The position numbers and the translations under genes are program-made. Positions 53,705-63,729 of a DNA stretch of 64,000 nt are shown one piece after another. Under the pieces are notes generated by a model. That model saw nothing but the letters and a program-made list of their open reading frames with translations. It searched no databases and had not been told where the DNA came from. This DNA comes from Planctomycetota bacterium (GTDB lineage: Bacteria > Planctomycetota > UBA1135 > UBA2386), in assembly GCA_046290465.1 (NCBI GenBank), contig JBKAGP010000001.1:6304001-6368000 (forward strand), written 5' to 3'. The stretch's first letter is position 1, and every line of letters begins with the position of its first letter.

Positions 53705-55024
53705 TCAGAAGATCTCGGTGATCGGCATGCCCTTGTCGGCCACCTGGAACGGGCGGCCCGACGGCGAGTAGAGCTTGTGGTCGGTCGGCAGGCCGCAGGC
53801 GTAGGCGATCGTCGCGTTGAGATCCTGGACCGAGGTCGGCTCGGAGTCGACCTCGCGACCTTCCTTGTCGGTCTTGCCGTAGCGCTGGCCGCCGCGCACG
53901 CCGCCACCGGCGAGCAGCGCGCTGAACGCCTTGGGGTAGTGGTTGCGGCCGTTGTCCTCGTCGATGTCGGGCGTGCGGCCGAACTCGCTGGTGAAGACGA
54001 CCATCGTGTCCTGCAGCAGGCCGCGCGCGTCGAGGTCGGCGAGCAGGGCGCTCAGGCCCTGGTCGATCTGCGGCGTCAGGTCCTCGAGGCGGTCGAAGTT
54101 CTCCGAGTGCGTGTCCCAGCCGCCGCTCATCACCTCGACGTAGCGCACGCCGTGCTCGACCAGGCGGCGCGCCATCAGGCAGCCGCTGCCGAACGAGCCG
54201 GTGCCGTAGGCCTCCTTGGTCGCCTGCGACTCCTGGTTCAGGTCGAACGCGACCAGGTCGCTGCTGCGCATCACCTTGACGGCGTCCTCGTAGGCCTGCG
54301 AGTACGAGTTGACCGAGGCCTGCTTGTGCTTCTCGCCGAACGCCTGGTCGAGCTCCTTGAGCATCTCGAGGCGGCGGTCGAAGCGGTTCTCGGTGACGCC
54401 GCGCGGCAGCTTGACGTTCTGCAGACCGTCGTCGGCGTTGCCGATCGGCACCGGCTGGAACTCGGCCGGGAAGAAGCCGGCGCCCGGCGCGTTGGCGCCG
54501 CCGCCGATGATCACGTGGCCCGGCAGCGTGTCGTTGTGGCGGCCGGCCATGCGGTGGCACCACGCGCCCGTGCTCGGGTGCTGGATCGTGCCGCGCAGCT
54601 CGTAGCTGGTGCGCATGAAGTACTGCGCCTGCTCGTGCGCGCCCTGGGTGCTGGTCATCGAGCTGACGATGCAGCACTTGTCCATGTGGCGGGCGGTCTT
54701 CGGCAGGTAGCCGCCGAGCTGGATGCCGTCGACGTTGGTCGCCACGGCCTCCTTCGGCCCGTGCGTCTTCTGGCCGGGCTTCGGATCGAGCGTGTCGATG
54801 TGGCTCATGCCGCCGGCCATGAACAGGTAGATGACGTGCTTGGCGGACGCGTTGCCGAGCACGATCCGCTTCGGATCCTGCGGATCCTGGTTCAGCGAAC
54901 GGGCCAGCAGCGACGGTCCGAACATGCCGGCCGCGCCGACGCCGAACATCGAGCGGGCCATGCCGGAGAGGAACGTGCGGCGGGTGTCGAGGTCGACGCC
55001 GCGGATGGTCTTGCGAAGCGACAT
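53705..55024 (-). CDS. DUF1501 family protein with a Tat signal
   Basis: TRRTFL; AKHVIYLFMAGGMSHIDTLDPKP; ARRLVE.GVR.VEV; GWDTH; EFGRTP; GRNH. Confidence 0.92.
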   Translation of the reverse strand: MSLRKTIRGVDLDTRRTFLSGMARSMFGVGAAGMFGPSLLARSLNQDPQDPKRIVLGNASAKHVIYLFMAGGMSHIDTLDPKPGQKTHGPKEAVATNVDGIQLGGYLPKTARHMDKCCIVSSMTSTQGAHEQAQYFMRTSYELRGTIQHPSTGAWCHRMAGRHNDTLPGHVIIGGGANAPGAGFFPAEFQPVPIGNADDGLQNVKLPRGVTENRFDRRLEMLKELDQAFGEKHKQASVNSYSQAYEDAVKVMRSSDLVAFDLNQESQATKEAYGTGSFGSGCLMARRLVEHGVRYVEVMSGGWDTHSENFDRLEDLTPQIDQGLSALLADLDARGLLQDTMVVFTSEFGRTPDIDEDNGRNHYPKAFSALLAGGGVRGGQRYGKTDKEGREVDSEPTSVQDLNATIAYACGLPTDHKLYSPSGRPFQVADKGMPITEIF

Positions 55025-55062
55025 TGGGTTCTGCCTCTTGGTTGGATCGGGGTTGCGGCGGA

Positions 55063-57153
55063 TCAGCGGACGAAGCGGAACTCGTTGCAGTTGCAGAGCA
55101 CCCAGACGAGGTCGTCGATGGCCTTGCGGCCGTTGACGGCGATCAGCCGGCGCCAGCGGTCCGACTCGTCGGCCGTCGGTTCGCGGTTGAGCATCGTCAG
55201 GTAGGCGACGCGCACGCGGCGCTCGCCGTCGGCCGCGAGCTGCAGGTCGCGGCGCAGCGCGGACTCGCCGTTGAGCACGCGCTGGTCGAGGAAGCCGTTC
55301 ATCAGCGTCAGCACCTGCGGCACGGTGGCCACGTCGGTGCTGGCGTCGATGGTCTCGCGGTCGGACTGGCCGAACTGGCGCAGCACGTGGCCGAGGCGCG
55401 CGGGCTGCTCGAGGTCGCTGGCGCGCAGCAGGTCGCGCTCGGCGCCCTTGGCGGCGCGCGAACCGAGGTTGACGCCCATCTGCTCGAGGCGCTTGCGCAG
55501 CTCCTTGACCTTGGGCAGGTCGCCGTCGCGGCGAGCCTCCTCGAGCTCGCGCAGCAGCGGCCGCGCCCGCTTGCGGGCCATCTGGTCGCGGCGCTGCGCG
55601 GCCTTGGCCTCGGCGCGGCGCTCGCGCGCCATCTCCTGCATCATGCCGCGGTTGCCGCCCTTGACCATCGCCAGGATCTTCTCGGCGTCGGCGTCCTTGA
55701 GCTCGTCGTGGTAGGCGTAGACCGCCTCGGCGCGCTCGTCGGGGTCGCGCAGCCGTTCGTCGACGTCGTCGAAGACCAGCGTCAGCAGCGAGTCCCAGAC
55801 CTGCTGCGCGCTCATCCGGTGCAGGATCGGGCCCTGGAACAGCGGCGCGACGCCGGGCTGCGGGTCCTGGTCCTCGACCCGTCGCTGGAACAGCCGGGTG
55901 TGCACCAGCACGCGCTCGAACTGACGCAGGTCGAAGTCGACGCGCACCATCAGCTTCTCGAGTTCCTTGAGCAGCTCGGGGTGCACGGCCTTGGTCTTCT
56001 TCTTCCAGTCGTCGATCGGCTCGACCAGGCCGCGGCCGAACGTGCGCGCCCACATCCGGTTCGCGATCGTCTTCGCGAACATCGGGTTCTTCTTGTCGGT
56101 CATCCAGTCGGCGAGCGCGTCGCGCGACTCGACGCCGACGGCCTTCTGGTTGCGCCGGCGGGCGCGGGCGCGCTTGCTCATCGAGCGCGACGCGCTCGAC
56201 GACGGGTAGCGCAGCTTGACGTTGGCGCCGAAGATCGTGTCCGCCTTGACGGTGCTCGACGGGCGGGCGTCGTCGTACTGGTAGTCCTTCGGCAACTTCT
56301 CGAGGCCGCTGCCCGAACCGTGCAGGCCCTGCGTCAGTCGACGGACCAGGCGCAGCGCCGCGGCGCGGGTGCGCTGCGGCTCGTTGGCGAGCTTCTGCCG
56401 CATGCCGCGGTAGTTGACCAGCGCGTCGTCGTCGCGGTAGCGGATGCCGCCGAAGAACGCCGCCATCCCGAAGAACTGCTTCTGCGTCCAGTGGTCGAAC
56501 GGGTGGTTGTGGCACTGCGCGCACTCGAGCCGCGTGCCGAGGAACAGCCGCACCGTGTTGGCCATCGAGTCGTGCGGCATGCCGTTGTCGCGCATCAGGT
56601 GCCCGGTCGCACCGTTGTCGCGGCCGTGGGCGGCGCCGTCGGCGACCAGCATCTGCCGGACGAACTCGTCGTAGGGCAGGTCGTCGCGCACCGCCGTGCG
56701 GACGAAGTGGGCGAACGGCTCGCCGCTCAACTGGCGCTGCCGCGACTTCACGCGCAACAGGTCGAACCAGTAGTTGCTGAAGTGGCTGGTCCGGCCGGGG
56801 CTGTCGAGCAGCAGGTCGAGCAGCACCGCGCGCTTGTCCGGGTTCTGGTCGCCGAGGAACGTCTCGGTCTCCTTCAGCGTCGGGATGCGCCCGACGATCG
56901 ACAGGTAGGCGCGGCGCACGAAGGTCGCGTCGTCGACGTCGGGCTGCGGCTCGACCCGGTTGCGGCGCAGGCCCTTTTCGAGCAGGGCGTCGATGCGGGC
57001 GGCGTCGCGCAGCACGTCCTTGGTCGAGCGAACGTCCTCGACGCGCTGCTTGGGCCGCTGCGGGTTACGCGCGGCCGTCTGGGCGTCGACGGCGACGGCG
57101 GAGCCGAACAGGGCGAGGGCGAAGACGACGCTCGTACGGGGGATTCGGTTCAT
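55063..57153 (-). CDS. DUF1549/DUF1553 (PSCyt2/PSD1) domain protein
   Basis: DD.TFVRR.YL...GR.PT; FLG.RLECAQCHNHPFD.W.Q; NP.FA...ANR.W...FGRGLVEP.DD; terminal EF.F. Confidence 0.92.
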   Translation of the reverse strand: MNRIPRTSVVFALALFGSAVAVDAQTAARNPQRPKQRVEDVRSTKDVLRDAARIDALLEKGLRRNRVEPQPDVDDATFVRRAYLSIVGRIPTLKETETFLGDQNPDKRAVLLDLLLDSPGRTSHFSNYWFDLLRVKSRQRQLSGEPFAHFVRTAVRDDLPYDEFVRQMLVADGAAHGRDNGATGHLMRDNGMPHDSMANTVRLFLGTRLECAQCHNHPFDHWTQKQFFGMAAFFGGIRYRDDDALVNYRGMRQKLANEPQRTRAAALRLVRRLTQGLHGSGSGLEKLPKDYQYDDARPSSTVKADTIFGANVKLRYPSSSASRSMSKRARARRRNQKAVGVESRDALADWMTDKKNPMFAKTIANRMWARTFGRGLVEPIDDWKKKTKAVHPELLKELEKLMVRVDFDLRQFERVLVHTRLFQRRVEDQDPQPGVAPLFQGPILHRMSAQQVWDSLLTLVFDDVDERLRDPDERAEAVYAYHDELKDADAEKILAMVKGGNRGMMQEMARERRAEAKAAQRRDQMARKRARPLLRELEEARRDGDLPKVKELRKRLEQMGVNLGSRAAKGAERDLLRASDLEQPARLGHVLRQFGQSDRETIDASTDVATVPQVLTLMNGFLDQRVLNGESALRRDLQLAADGERRVRVAYLTMLNREPTADESDRWRRLIAVNGRKAIDDLVWVLCNCNEFRFVR

Positions 57154-57226
57154 GGCGATCCGGGGTGGGCGCGACCGGTGCGCCCGGAGGTCCTGTTGAA
57201 CGCTCTGTTGGCCCGATCGGCCATAG

Positions 57227-57253
57227 GGGGGACAGCCGTGAAGGCCGTCCCCC
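57227..57253 (-). terminator. Stem-loop just downstream of the DUF748 gene
   Basis: Minus strand GGGGGACGGCC-TTCAC-GGCTGTCCCCC (one G-U). No U-tract. Confidence 0.45.
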
Positions 57254-57265
57254 GTAACCAGGATG

Positions 57266-60200
57266 TCACTTGCTGACAGGGGCTTGCGTGCTGCGACGCT
57301 TGAGGGATGCGATCACGCAGCCGCCCTCGACGACCCCCGCGACCGGCACCCCGCGGCCCGGCCGACGCTCGAATCGGTCCGCCCCCAAGTTCTTGTGGAG
57401 GCTTCGGATACGCGCGATCGCCGCGTCGAGGCGGGCCTCGCCGAGCGCCTTGCAAGCAGAGCGCGTGCGGCGGGCAGCGGCGCGCGGGTTGGGGTTGCCG
57501 AGCTGCTCGAGCGCGCCGGACAGCGCCTGCAGCAGTTCGCCGAGGTGGGTGTCGATCGCCAGCAGTTCCTGCTGGCGACGGATCGCCTCCTGGACCTTGC
57601 CGGCGCCGTAGAGCGCGACCACGTCTTGCGCGATCGGGGCGCGCCGGGTCTCGAGTTCGGCGCGGGTCCGCTGCAGGCCGGCGACCGTGCCCTCGAGCAC
57701 GTCCCGCGGCGGGTTGGCGAGTTCGCGCGCATGCGGCACGTCCTGCTCGCCGAGCTGGTGGCTCAGCACCAGCACCAGCGTGTCGTCGTCGAGCAGCGCC
57801 GCGAGGATGCGGTCGAGGTCGGCGGCGTCGGGCAGCGGCGAGCCCGGGGCGTACGGCAGCATCGCCTGGATGTCGGGCACCTCGGCGTCGGTGCCGAAGA
57901 ACGCGCCGGTGATCGTCGTCGCCGTGCGCGAGCCGGCGCTCGCGATCGAGTCGCCGATCAGCTTGACCAGGCTCTCGACGACGCGGTCGACGACCTCGCT
58001 CTGGCCCTCGGGACCCGGCGGCACGTCGACGTTGAGCGGGATGCGCTGTTCGTCGTCGTTGTTGCGCAGCAAGAACAGCACCGTCTGCAGCGGTGCCGGC
58101 AGGCGCAGGTAGGTCGAGATCGGGCCGTCGGGCGGCTCGTCGAGCGCCAGCCAGGTGAACACGTTGTCGCTGCGGATCTCGAGGCCGTCGTAGCCCTTCA
58201 GCTTGAGCGCGATGTGGGTGTCGAACAGGCCGTCGGAGATCTCGACGCCCGCCTGCTTGGCGAGGCCGCGGAACGCCGACAGCTCGAGCCGGTCGACGCT
58301 CAGGTTGATGCGGCCCTTCGGCTGCGGGAACAGCGTCAGCCGGCCGTCGGCCGTCATCCGGTCGAGCATCGGCCGCTGCTGCAGCTCGTGCTCGTCGTTG
58401 CCGCCGACCAGCGCTTCGGCGCTCGAACTCAGGAAGCCGCTGATGACCGAGCTCTTGACGACCCGCCGCTCGAGCTCGATGTCGCCGCCGCGCACCGTCG
58501 TCGAGAACGACAGCGGCAGCGGTTCGGAGAACGCGCGGGTCGAGAAGCGCGACACCTCGAGGTCGGTGTCGACGAGGTGGAGGTGGGTGCGCGGCTCGGT
58601 GGTCTGGTCGCGATAGTCGACCGCGACGCCCAGCACGCGCAGGTGGTCGATGGCGAGTTCGAAGTCGTTCTCGCGGTCGCTCGGCGTCGGCGTCGGCGTC
58701 GGAACCGGCGTCGGTTCCGACGCCGGAACGCCTTCTGGCGCTGCCTGGGGTTCCGGCGCTGGCCGTGGCGCGGGTTGGTCCGCGGCGATCGCCGCCGGTT
58801 CGAGCAGCACGAAGCCGGCGACGTGGGTGCCTTCGGCGTCCTTGTGGGCGCGCAGCACCGGCTCGTCGATGTCGAGCGAGCGCAGCAGCACGCTGCCGCT
58901 GCGTGGATCGATGGCGCGCGCGATCGCGTCGATGACCGCGACCTTGGCGTAGACCTGGTCGCTGCTGCCGTCGCGCAGCACGACGTCCTCGAGCACGAGT
59001 TCGCCGCCGAACGGCCGCGAGAAGTCGAGCACGCTCGGGTCGCGTCGCTTGAGGTCGAGGCGGGCGTGCAGCGTCGCGGCCAGCGTCAGGTCCTTGGCCT
59101 CGCCGCGCAGCGTGTCCTGCAGCGACGGCATCAGCTCGACCAGCCGGGTCGTGTCGAAGTCGTCGAGCGAAAGCGTCAGGTCGAGCGTCGGCGTCAGGTC
59201 GAACGGGTTGGCGGTCGCGTCGGCGCGGAGGCTGGCGCCCAGCGGGTCGACCGCGCCGGTGATCGCCAACGTCATCGGCTTCGGCTCGTCGGCCTTCGGA
59301 TCCCCGAGCCACGGCTGCTTGAGTTCGAGCGACAGGCTGGCGCCGATCGGCGGCCGCTCGCCGTCACTGCGGTCGCGGAACTCGAACCGCTCGAGTTGCA
59401 CCAGCAGCTCGTCGATGCGCACCTTCGGCAGGTGCAGCTGCGCTGTGGGCGCGCTCGGCGCGGCGGAGCCAGCGGTCGGATTGTCGGCGACCGGTTCCCC
59501 AGCAGGCTTCTCCCCAGCAGACTGCTCGCCAGCGGACGGCTCCGCCGCCTGCTCCGGCGCCTTCGGCTGGGTCGTTTCCGCGCTGGCCGTGGCGAGCGCG
59601 AACCCCGGCACCAGCAGTTCGTCGCCGGTCGTCGCGACGCTGGCGCGAACGCCGGCGACGCGCAGCTTGCGCACGTGCACTTCGTCGGGGTTCAGGGTCG
59701 GGACGTCGACGACGACCTCGTCGATCGCGGCCGCCTCGACGTCGCGATCGGTGATCCGCACCTCGCGCAGGGTCGCGTCGATCGCGGTGGCGCCGGCCAG
59801 CGCCACGTCGGCGTCGAACGCGGCGTGCACGGTGCCGTCGTCGAAGGTGCAGCGCACGCCGTCGGGCAGCAGCGACGCGAGTTCGGAGGCGACCAGCTTG
59901 CTGGCGGTCAGCTCGCCGGAAGCCGCGATGCGTTCGGGGCTGCGCTGCAGGTTGGCCGTCAAATCGACCTTCGCCTGGGCGTCCGAGATGCGCATCGCCA
60001 GCGTGATGTCGACCGGCGCGCTGCGGCGCGGCTGCGGGCCGATGGTCAGGTCGAGGCCGACCGCGCGGCTCTGCTGCGGGCGCAGCGCGTCGGTCCACTT
60101 CAGCGTGGCGCCGCGCACCTCGACGGCGCCATGCTGCAGGTGGAACGGTGGCGCGCTCGCGGCGGCCGGCTGCGCCGCCGGCTGTGGTGCCGCCGGCGAG

Positions 60201-62353
60201 CCAGCTGGTGCCGCCGGCGATCCGGCCGGCGCCGCCGCGCCGAACGCCAGTCCCAACGCGCGCAGCTGCTGCTCGGCATCGCGCTGCAGCTCGACGTACG
60301 GATCCTGCACCGTCCACGTGCCGAGGTGCAGGCCGTCGTCGGCGACCAGCAGGCCCTCGCCGCGGATCGCTCGCAGCGACAGCCAGCGCGTCGTTCCGTC
60401 GGCCAGCCGCAGGTCGCTGAGCTGGGCGCTGGCGGCGAGCTGCGGCTGCAGCTGCACGTCGGCCTCGAGCTTCATGGCGAGTTCGCCGTCGCGCAGCTCC
60501 GAGCGCATGCCGAGCGCGTCGAGCCACGGCTCCAGGCCGGCGAGCGTGACGCCCTGGGTCTGCCAGTCGAGCCGCGCCGTGACGCCGTCGGCGCGCGGCG
60601 TCAGGGTCAGTTCGCCGCGGCAGGAGCGCGCCACGTCGGGCACCGAGAACGCGATCTGCACGCGGCCCGGCGGCGCCTCCTCGCCGAACGCGAGCGCGTC
60701 GGCGCGCACGTCGAGGCCGGCGAGCGTCAGCGTGGCCGGGGTGGGCTTGCTCTGGTCGGTGAACGACACGTCGACACCCGACCAAGAGAACGCCCCCAGC
60801 CGCAGCTTGGGCAGCGGCGACGGCGTGGTCGCGGCGGGGGCGGCCGGCTCGTTGCTCTCCGGCTCGGCCGGCGGTGCGGGAGCGGCGCCGGCGGGCGGCG
60901 GCGCGATGCGCAGGCCGGCGACCTGCAGCGAACCGTCGGCGAGTTTGACGACCTCCAGGCGCGGGCCGGCGAGCTCGACGCGTTCGATCGCGAGCGTGTC
61001 GTCGACCGTGCGCAGGTCCTGCACCGCGACCTTCGGCAGCGACAGCAGGCGGCCGGCCTTGCCGTCGATCGTCAGCCGCGACAGGTCGAACGTCATCGAC
61101 TCGCCGAACTCGGCGTCGGCGACCGCGCGCAGGTCGAGGCCGCCGTCGGGCAGCTGCACGCCGGCGGCCGCCAGCACCGGCCGGATGCGCACGCAGGTCA
61201 GGCCCTCGGCCGCGAGCGTCGCGGTGACGCCGGTGCGTCCCTCGACGGCGCTGAGCCGCGCCTCCTCGAGGCGCAGCGATTCGACGATGCCGTCGGCGTG
61301 CAGGGTCAGGCCGAGCGGCGTGACCAGGCCCTCGGCGGTCGGATCGGTCGGGCCGAAGGTCGCCGCGAGCGTGCTGCGCTCGATGCCGTCGAGCGCCAGG
61401 CCGAAGTCGAGCTTGCCCTCGAGCGCCGGCACCCTCGGCGCGCTCTCGAGCACCGCAGCGTGCAGGTCGCCGGCCAGCCGCACGTCGACGACGTGCGCGT
61501 TCTGGATCGCGTCGAGCAGCTCGGGCGGCAGCTCGAAGCGCTGCGGTCGGAAGCCGCGCACGACCGCCTGGAAGGTCACGTCGGCGGCACGCGAGGCCGC
61601 CTGCACCTGGCTGTGCACGAACAGTTCGTCGCACAGCTGCGGCGCGTGCACGCGCAGCTGCACCGAACCGTTGCGGTCGGGGAAGCCGACGTCGGCGACG
61701 TCGAGGTCGAGCTTGCCGGTGTGGTGGGTGGCGGGCTCGGTGGTGTGGTCGACGAAGTCGAACTGCAGGTCGTGCAGGCGCGTCGACGCGATCCAGCACG
61801 GCAGCGCGAAGTCGAGCGGTTCGTCGCTCGGCGGCTCGGGCTCGTCGGGCAGCTCGACCGGCGACGGCTGCAGCCACGCGGCGGGCAGGCGCAGCGTGCC
61901 GTCGGCGTTGCGATGCACGGTGACGCGCGCGCCGCTGACGCCGGCGTCGACGACCGACAGCTGGCCCGACAGCAGTTGCCGCATCGACAGGTCGGCGATC
62001 ACCTCCTGCGCGGTCAGCAGCGGCGGGGCGGAGGCGTCGTCGGCGTCGCGCACCACCAGGTCCTCGACCACCAGCGACAGGCCGGCGATCGACAGCGACG
62101 CGCTGCGCCACGAGACCGACAGGCCGGCGAAGCCGGCGCCGAAGTTGGCGAGCTGTTCGAGGAACAGCCACAGCAGCACGCGGGCGACCACCGCGGCGAT
62201 CAAGAGGCGCCGGGTCCAGCGCCAGTACCAGCGCGAGCGCCGCCGGGTCGGCGCGGTTGCTGCCGGCTGCGACATCGGCTGGGGCGTCGGCTGCGTCTCC
62301 GTTCGGCTCGGCACCGCGTCCGCTTCGGCCTGCTTGGCGTCGTCGCTGCTCAT
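57266..62353 (-). CDS. Large AsmA-like / DUF748 repeat protein
   Basis: Single N-terminal TM; recurring beta-rich units (e.g. V.V.RNADGTL, F.F.D....P) separated by Pro/Ala linkers; C-terminal FLLRN.D..I.LNVDV and an OmpA-like remnant. Confidence 0.75.
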   Translation of the reverse strand: MSSDDAKQAEADAVPSRTETQPTPQPMSQPAATAPTRRRSRWYWRWTRRLLIAAVVARVLLWLFLEQLANFGAGFAGLSVSWRSASLSIAGLSLVVEDLVVRDADDASAPPLLTAQEVIADLSMRQLLSGQLSVVDAGVSGARVTVHRNADGTLRLPAAWLQPSPVELPDEPEPPSDEPLDFALPCWIASTRLHDLQFDFVDHTTEPATHHTGKLDLDVADVGFPDRNGSVQLRVHAPQLCDELFVHSQVQAASRAADVTFQAVVRGFRPQRFELPPELLDAIQNAHVVDVRLAGDLHAAVLESAPRVPALEGKLDFGLALDGIERSTLAATFGPTDPTAEGLVTPLGLTLHADGIVESLRLEEARLSAVEGRTGVTATLAAEGLTCVRIRPVLAAAGVQLPDGGLDLRAVADAEFGESMTFDLSRLTIDGKAGRLLSLPKVAVQDLRTVDDTLAIERVELAGPRLEVVKLADGSLQVAGLRIAPPPAGAAPAPPAEPESNEPAAPAATTPSPLPKLRLGAFSWSGVDVSFTDQSKPTPATLTLAGLDVRADALAFGEEAPPGRVQIAFSVPDVARSCRGELTLTPRADGVTARLDWQTQGVTLAGLEPWLDALGMRSELRDGELAMKLEADVQLQPQLAASAQLSDLRLADGTTRWLSLRAIRGEGLLVADDGLHLGTWTVQDPYVELQRDAEQQLRALGLAFGAAAPAGSPAAPAGSPAAPQPAAQPAAASAPPFHLQHGAVEVRGATLKWTDALRPQQSRAVGLDLTIGPQPRRSAPVDITLAMRISDAQAKVDLTANLQRSPERIAASGELTASKLVASELASLLPDGVRCTFDDGTVHAAFDADVALAGATAIDATLREVRITDRDVEAAAIDEVVVDVPTLNPDEVHVRKLRVAGVRASVATTGDELLVPGFALATASAETTQPKAPEQAAEPSAGEQSAGEKPAGEPVADNPTAGSAAPSAPTAQLHLPKVRIDELLVQLERFEFRDRSDGERPPIGASLSLELKQPWLGDPKADEPKPMTLAITGAVDPLGASLRADATANPFDLTPTLDLTLSLDDFDTTRLVELMPSLQDTLRGEAKDLTLAATLHARLDLKRRDPSVLDFSRPFGGELVLEDVVLRDGSSDQVYAKVAVIDAIARAIDPRSGSVLLRSLDIDEPVLRAHKDAEGTHVAGFVLLEPAAIAADQPAPRPAPEPQAAPEGVPASEPTPVPTPTPTPSDRENDFELAIDHLRVLGVAVDYRDQTTEPRTHLHLVDTDLEVSRFSTRAFSEPLPLSFSTTVRGGDIELERRVVKSSVISGFLSSSAEALVGGNDEHELQQRPMLDRMTADGRLTLFPQPKGRINLSVDRLELSAFRGLAKQAGVEISDGLFDTHIALKLKGYDGLEIRSDNVFTWLALDEPPDGPISTYLRLPAPLQTVLFLLRNNDDEQRIPLNVDVPPGPEGQSEVVDRVVESLVKLIGDSIASAGSRTATTITGAFFGTDAEVPDIQAMLPYAPGSPLPDAADLDRILAALLDDDTLVLVLSHQLGEQDVPHARELANPPRDVLEGTVAGLQRTRAELETRRAPIAQDVVALYGAGKVQEAIRRQQELLAIDTHLGELLQALSGALEQLGNPNPRAAARRTRSACKALGEARLDAAIARIRSLHKNLGADRFERRPGRGVPVAGVVEGGCVIASLKRRSTQAPVSK

Positions 62354-63600
62354 CGACCTTCCTCCTGGGCCTGCAGGTAGTGGCGCACGGCGCGGCGGCG
62401 CTGCTTGCGCGCCGCCATCGGCTGGTAGCCGGGCACCTCGACCCCGCGCGTCGCCAGGAACGTCTGCGCGGTGATGCGCACCGCCGCGCTGCGGTCGTCG
62501 AGCGCCAGCACGTTCTCGTCGCGGATGCCGCGGGTGAACGCCTCGCGGCCGTCACAGGTCTCGAGCAGCAGCGACAGCGACGCCGGGTCGCCGACCAGCG
62601 CGCCGAGGTGGCGGGTCACCGAGGCCCGCATCGCCGGCGTCAGCTCGTCGCGTTCGAGCCGCGGCATCAGCGAACTCCACAGGCCGCGCTCGAGCTGCCA
62701 GGCGACGTCGTCGGCGTCGGCGTCGGCCGCGGTCATGCCCTTGGTCACGGCGATCAGCGCGCGTTCGTCGGCGACCGTCAGCACGTCGACGGCGCGCTCG
62801 AGCTGCAGCGGCGAGACCAGCGCCAGCAGCGCCGGCCGGCGGTTGCGCGCGCCGACGGCCTCGCGCGCGACCTGCCAGGCCTTGCGGCGCGGGCTGATCT
62901 TCGGCGGCTCCGGCGCGGGATCGGCATCGGCGATCGCGATCGCGTCGCGCACGGCGTCGTCGGCGGCGGCGCCGGTCGGCGCGAACAGCACCAGCAGGCC
63001 GCCCGGCCGCAGGTCGTCGGTCGGCACGAACAGCGCGCCCGGGCCGTCGGCCGTCGCGGCCGGCTCGATCACCAGCACCTCGCGGCCGGCGCCTTCGTCG
63101 GCCGGCACGTCGAGCATCGCGTTGACGTGGCCGGTGTGGTCCTTGTCGAGGTGCAGCTCGATCTGCGGCAGCTGCGCGGCCGCCGCCGGCAGCAGCGTGC
63201 CGAGGCCCGGCGCCAGCACCACGTCGGCGGTGGCCAGCTGCTGTTCGCGCAGCGGGTCGCCGCGGCCGTCGTCGGCCTGCCAGCCGGCGACCGCCTCGGC
63301 GTCGAGCCAGCGGCTGCCGATCGGCATGCGGGTGCTGCCGCGGAACGGCTCGCCGCGGTCGCGCACGATCGCAGAACTCGCCTGCGAGATCGCCTCGCCG
63401 GTCGGCTCGTCGGCGACCGCCAGCCAGCGCACCGAGTACGCCAGCGCCTGGCCGTCGGCGCGCGCGTGCGGCACGCGCTGGTAGGTGACGGTCGGCGTCA
63501 GCGGCAGCAGGTCGAGCGGCTTCGGCGGGCTGCTGCAGCCCGCCAGCATGGCGAAGCCTGCGATGTGGAAAGTCGTGAAGGCGGTGGTGCGGCGGGACAC
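62350..63600 (-). CDS. Hypothetical lipoprotein
   Basis: Lipobox LAGC; beta-rich N-terminal half and helical C-terminal half; ATGA overlap with the DUF748 gene. Confidence 0.65.
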   Translation of the reverse strand: MSRRTTAFTTFHIAGFAMLAGCSSPPKPLDLLPLTPTVTYQRVPHARADGQALAYSVRWLAVADEPTGEAISQASSAIVRDRGEPFRGSTRMPIGSRWLDAEAVAGWQADDGRGDPLREQQLATADVVLAPGLGTLLPAAAAQLPQIELHLDKDHTGHVNAMLDVPADEGAGREVLVIEPAATADGPGALFVPTDDLRPGGLLVLFAPTGAAADDAVRDAIAIADADPAPEPPKISPRRKAWQVAREAVGARNRRPALLALVSPLQLERAVDVLTVADERALIAVTKGMTAADADADDVAWQLERGLWSSLMPRLERDELTPAMRASVTRHLGALVGDPASLSLLLETCDGREAFTRGIRDENVLALDDRSAAVRITAQTFLATRGVEVPGYQPMAARKQRRRAVRHYLQAQEEGR

Positions 63601-63729
63601 AACGGCACCGTACGGCGCCTGCGCGAAGCTGCAACCGGACTGTCCTGGTGTTTCTTCGTGGCTGCCCGGTTACGGTGCCTGCGGCGGTCGTGTTCGCGAC
63701 GCCATTCCGTTGTTTGTCAGGAGGTATCC

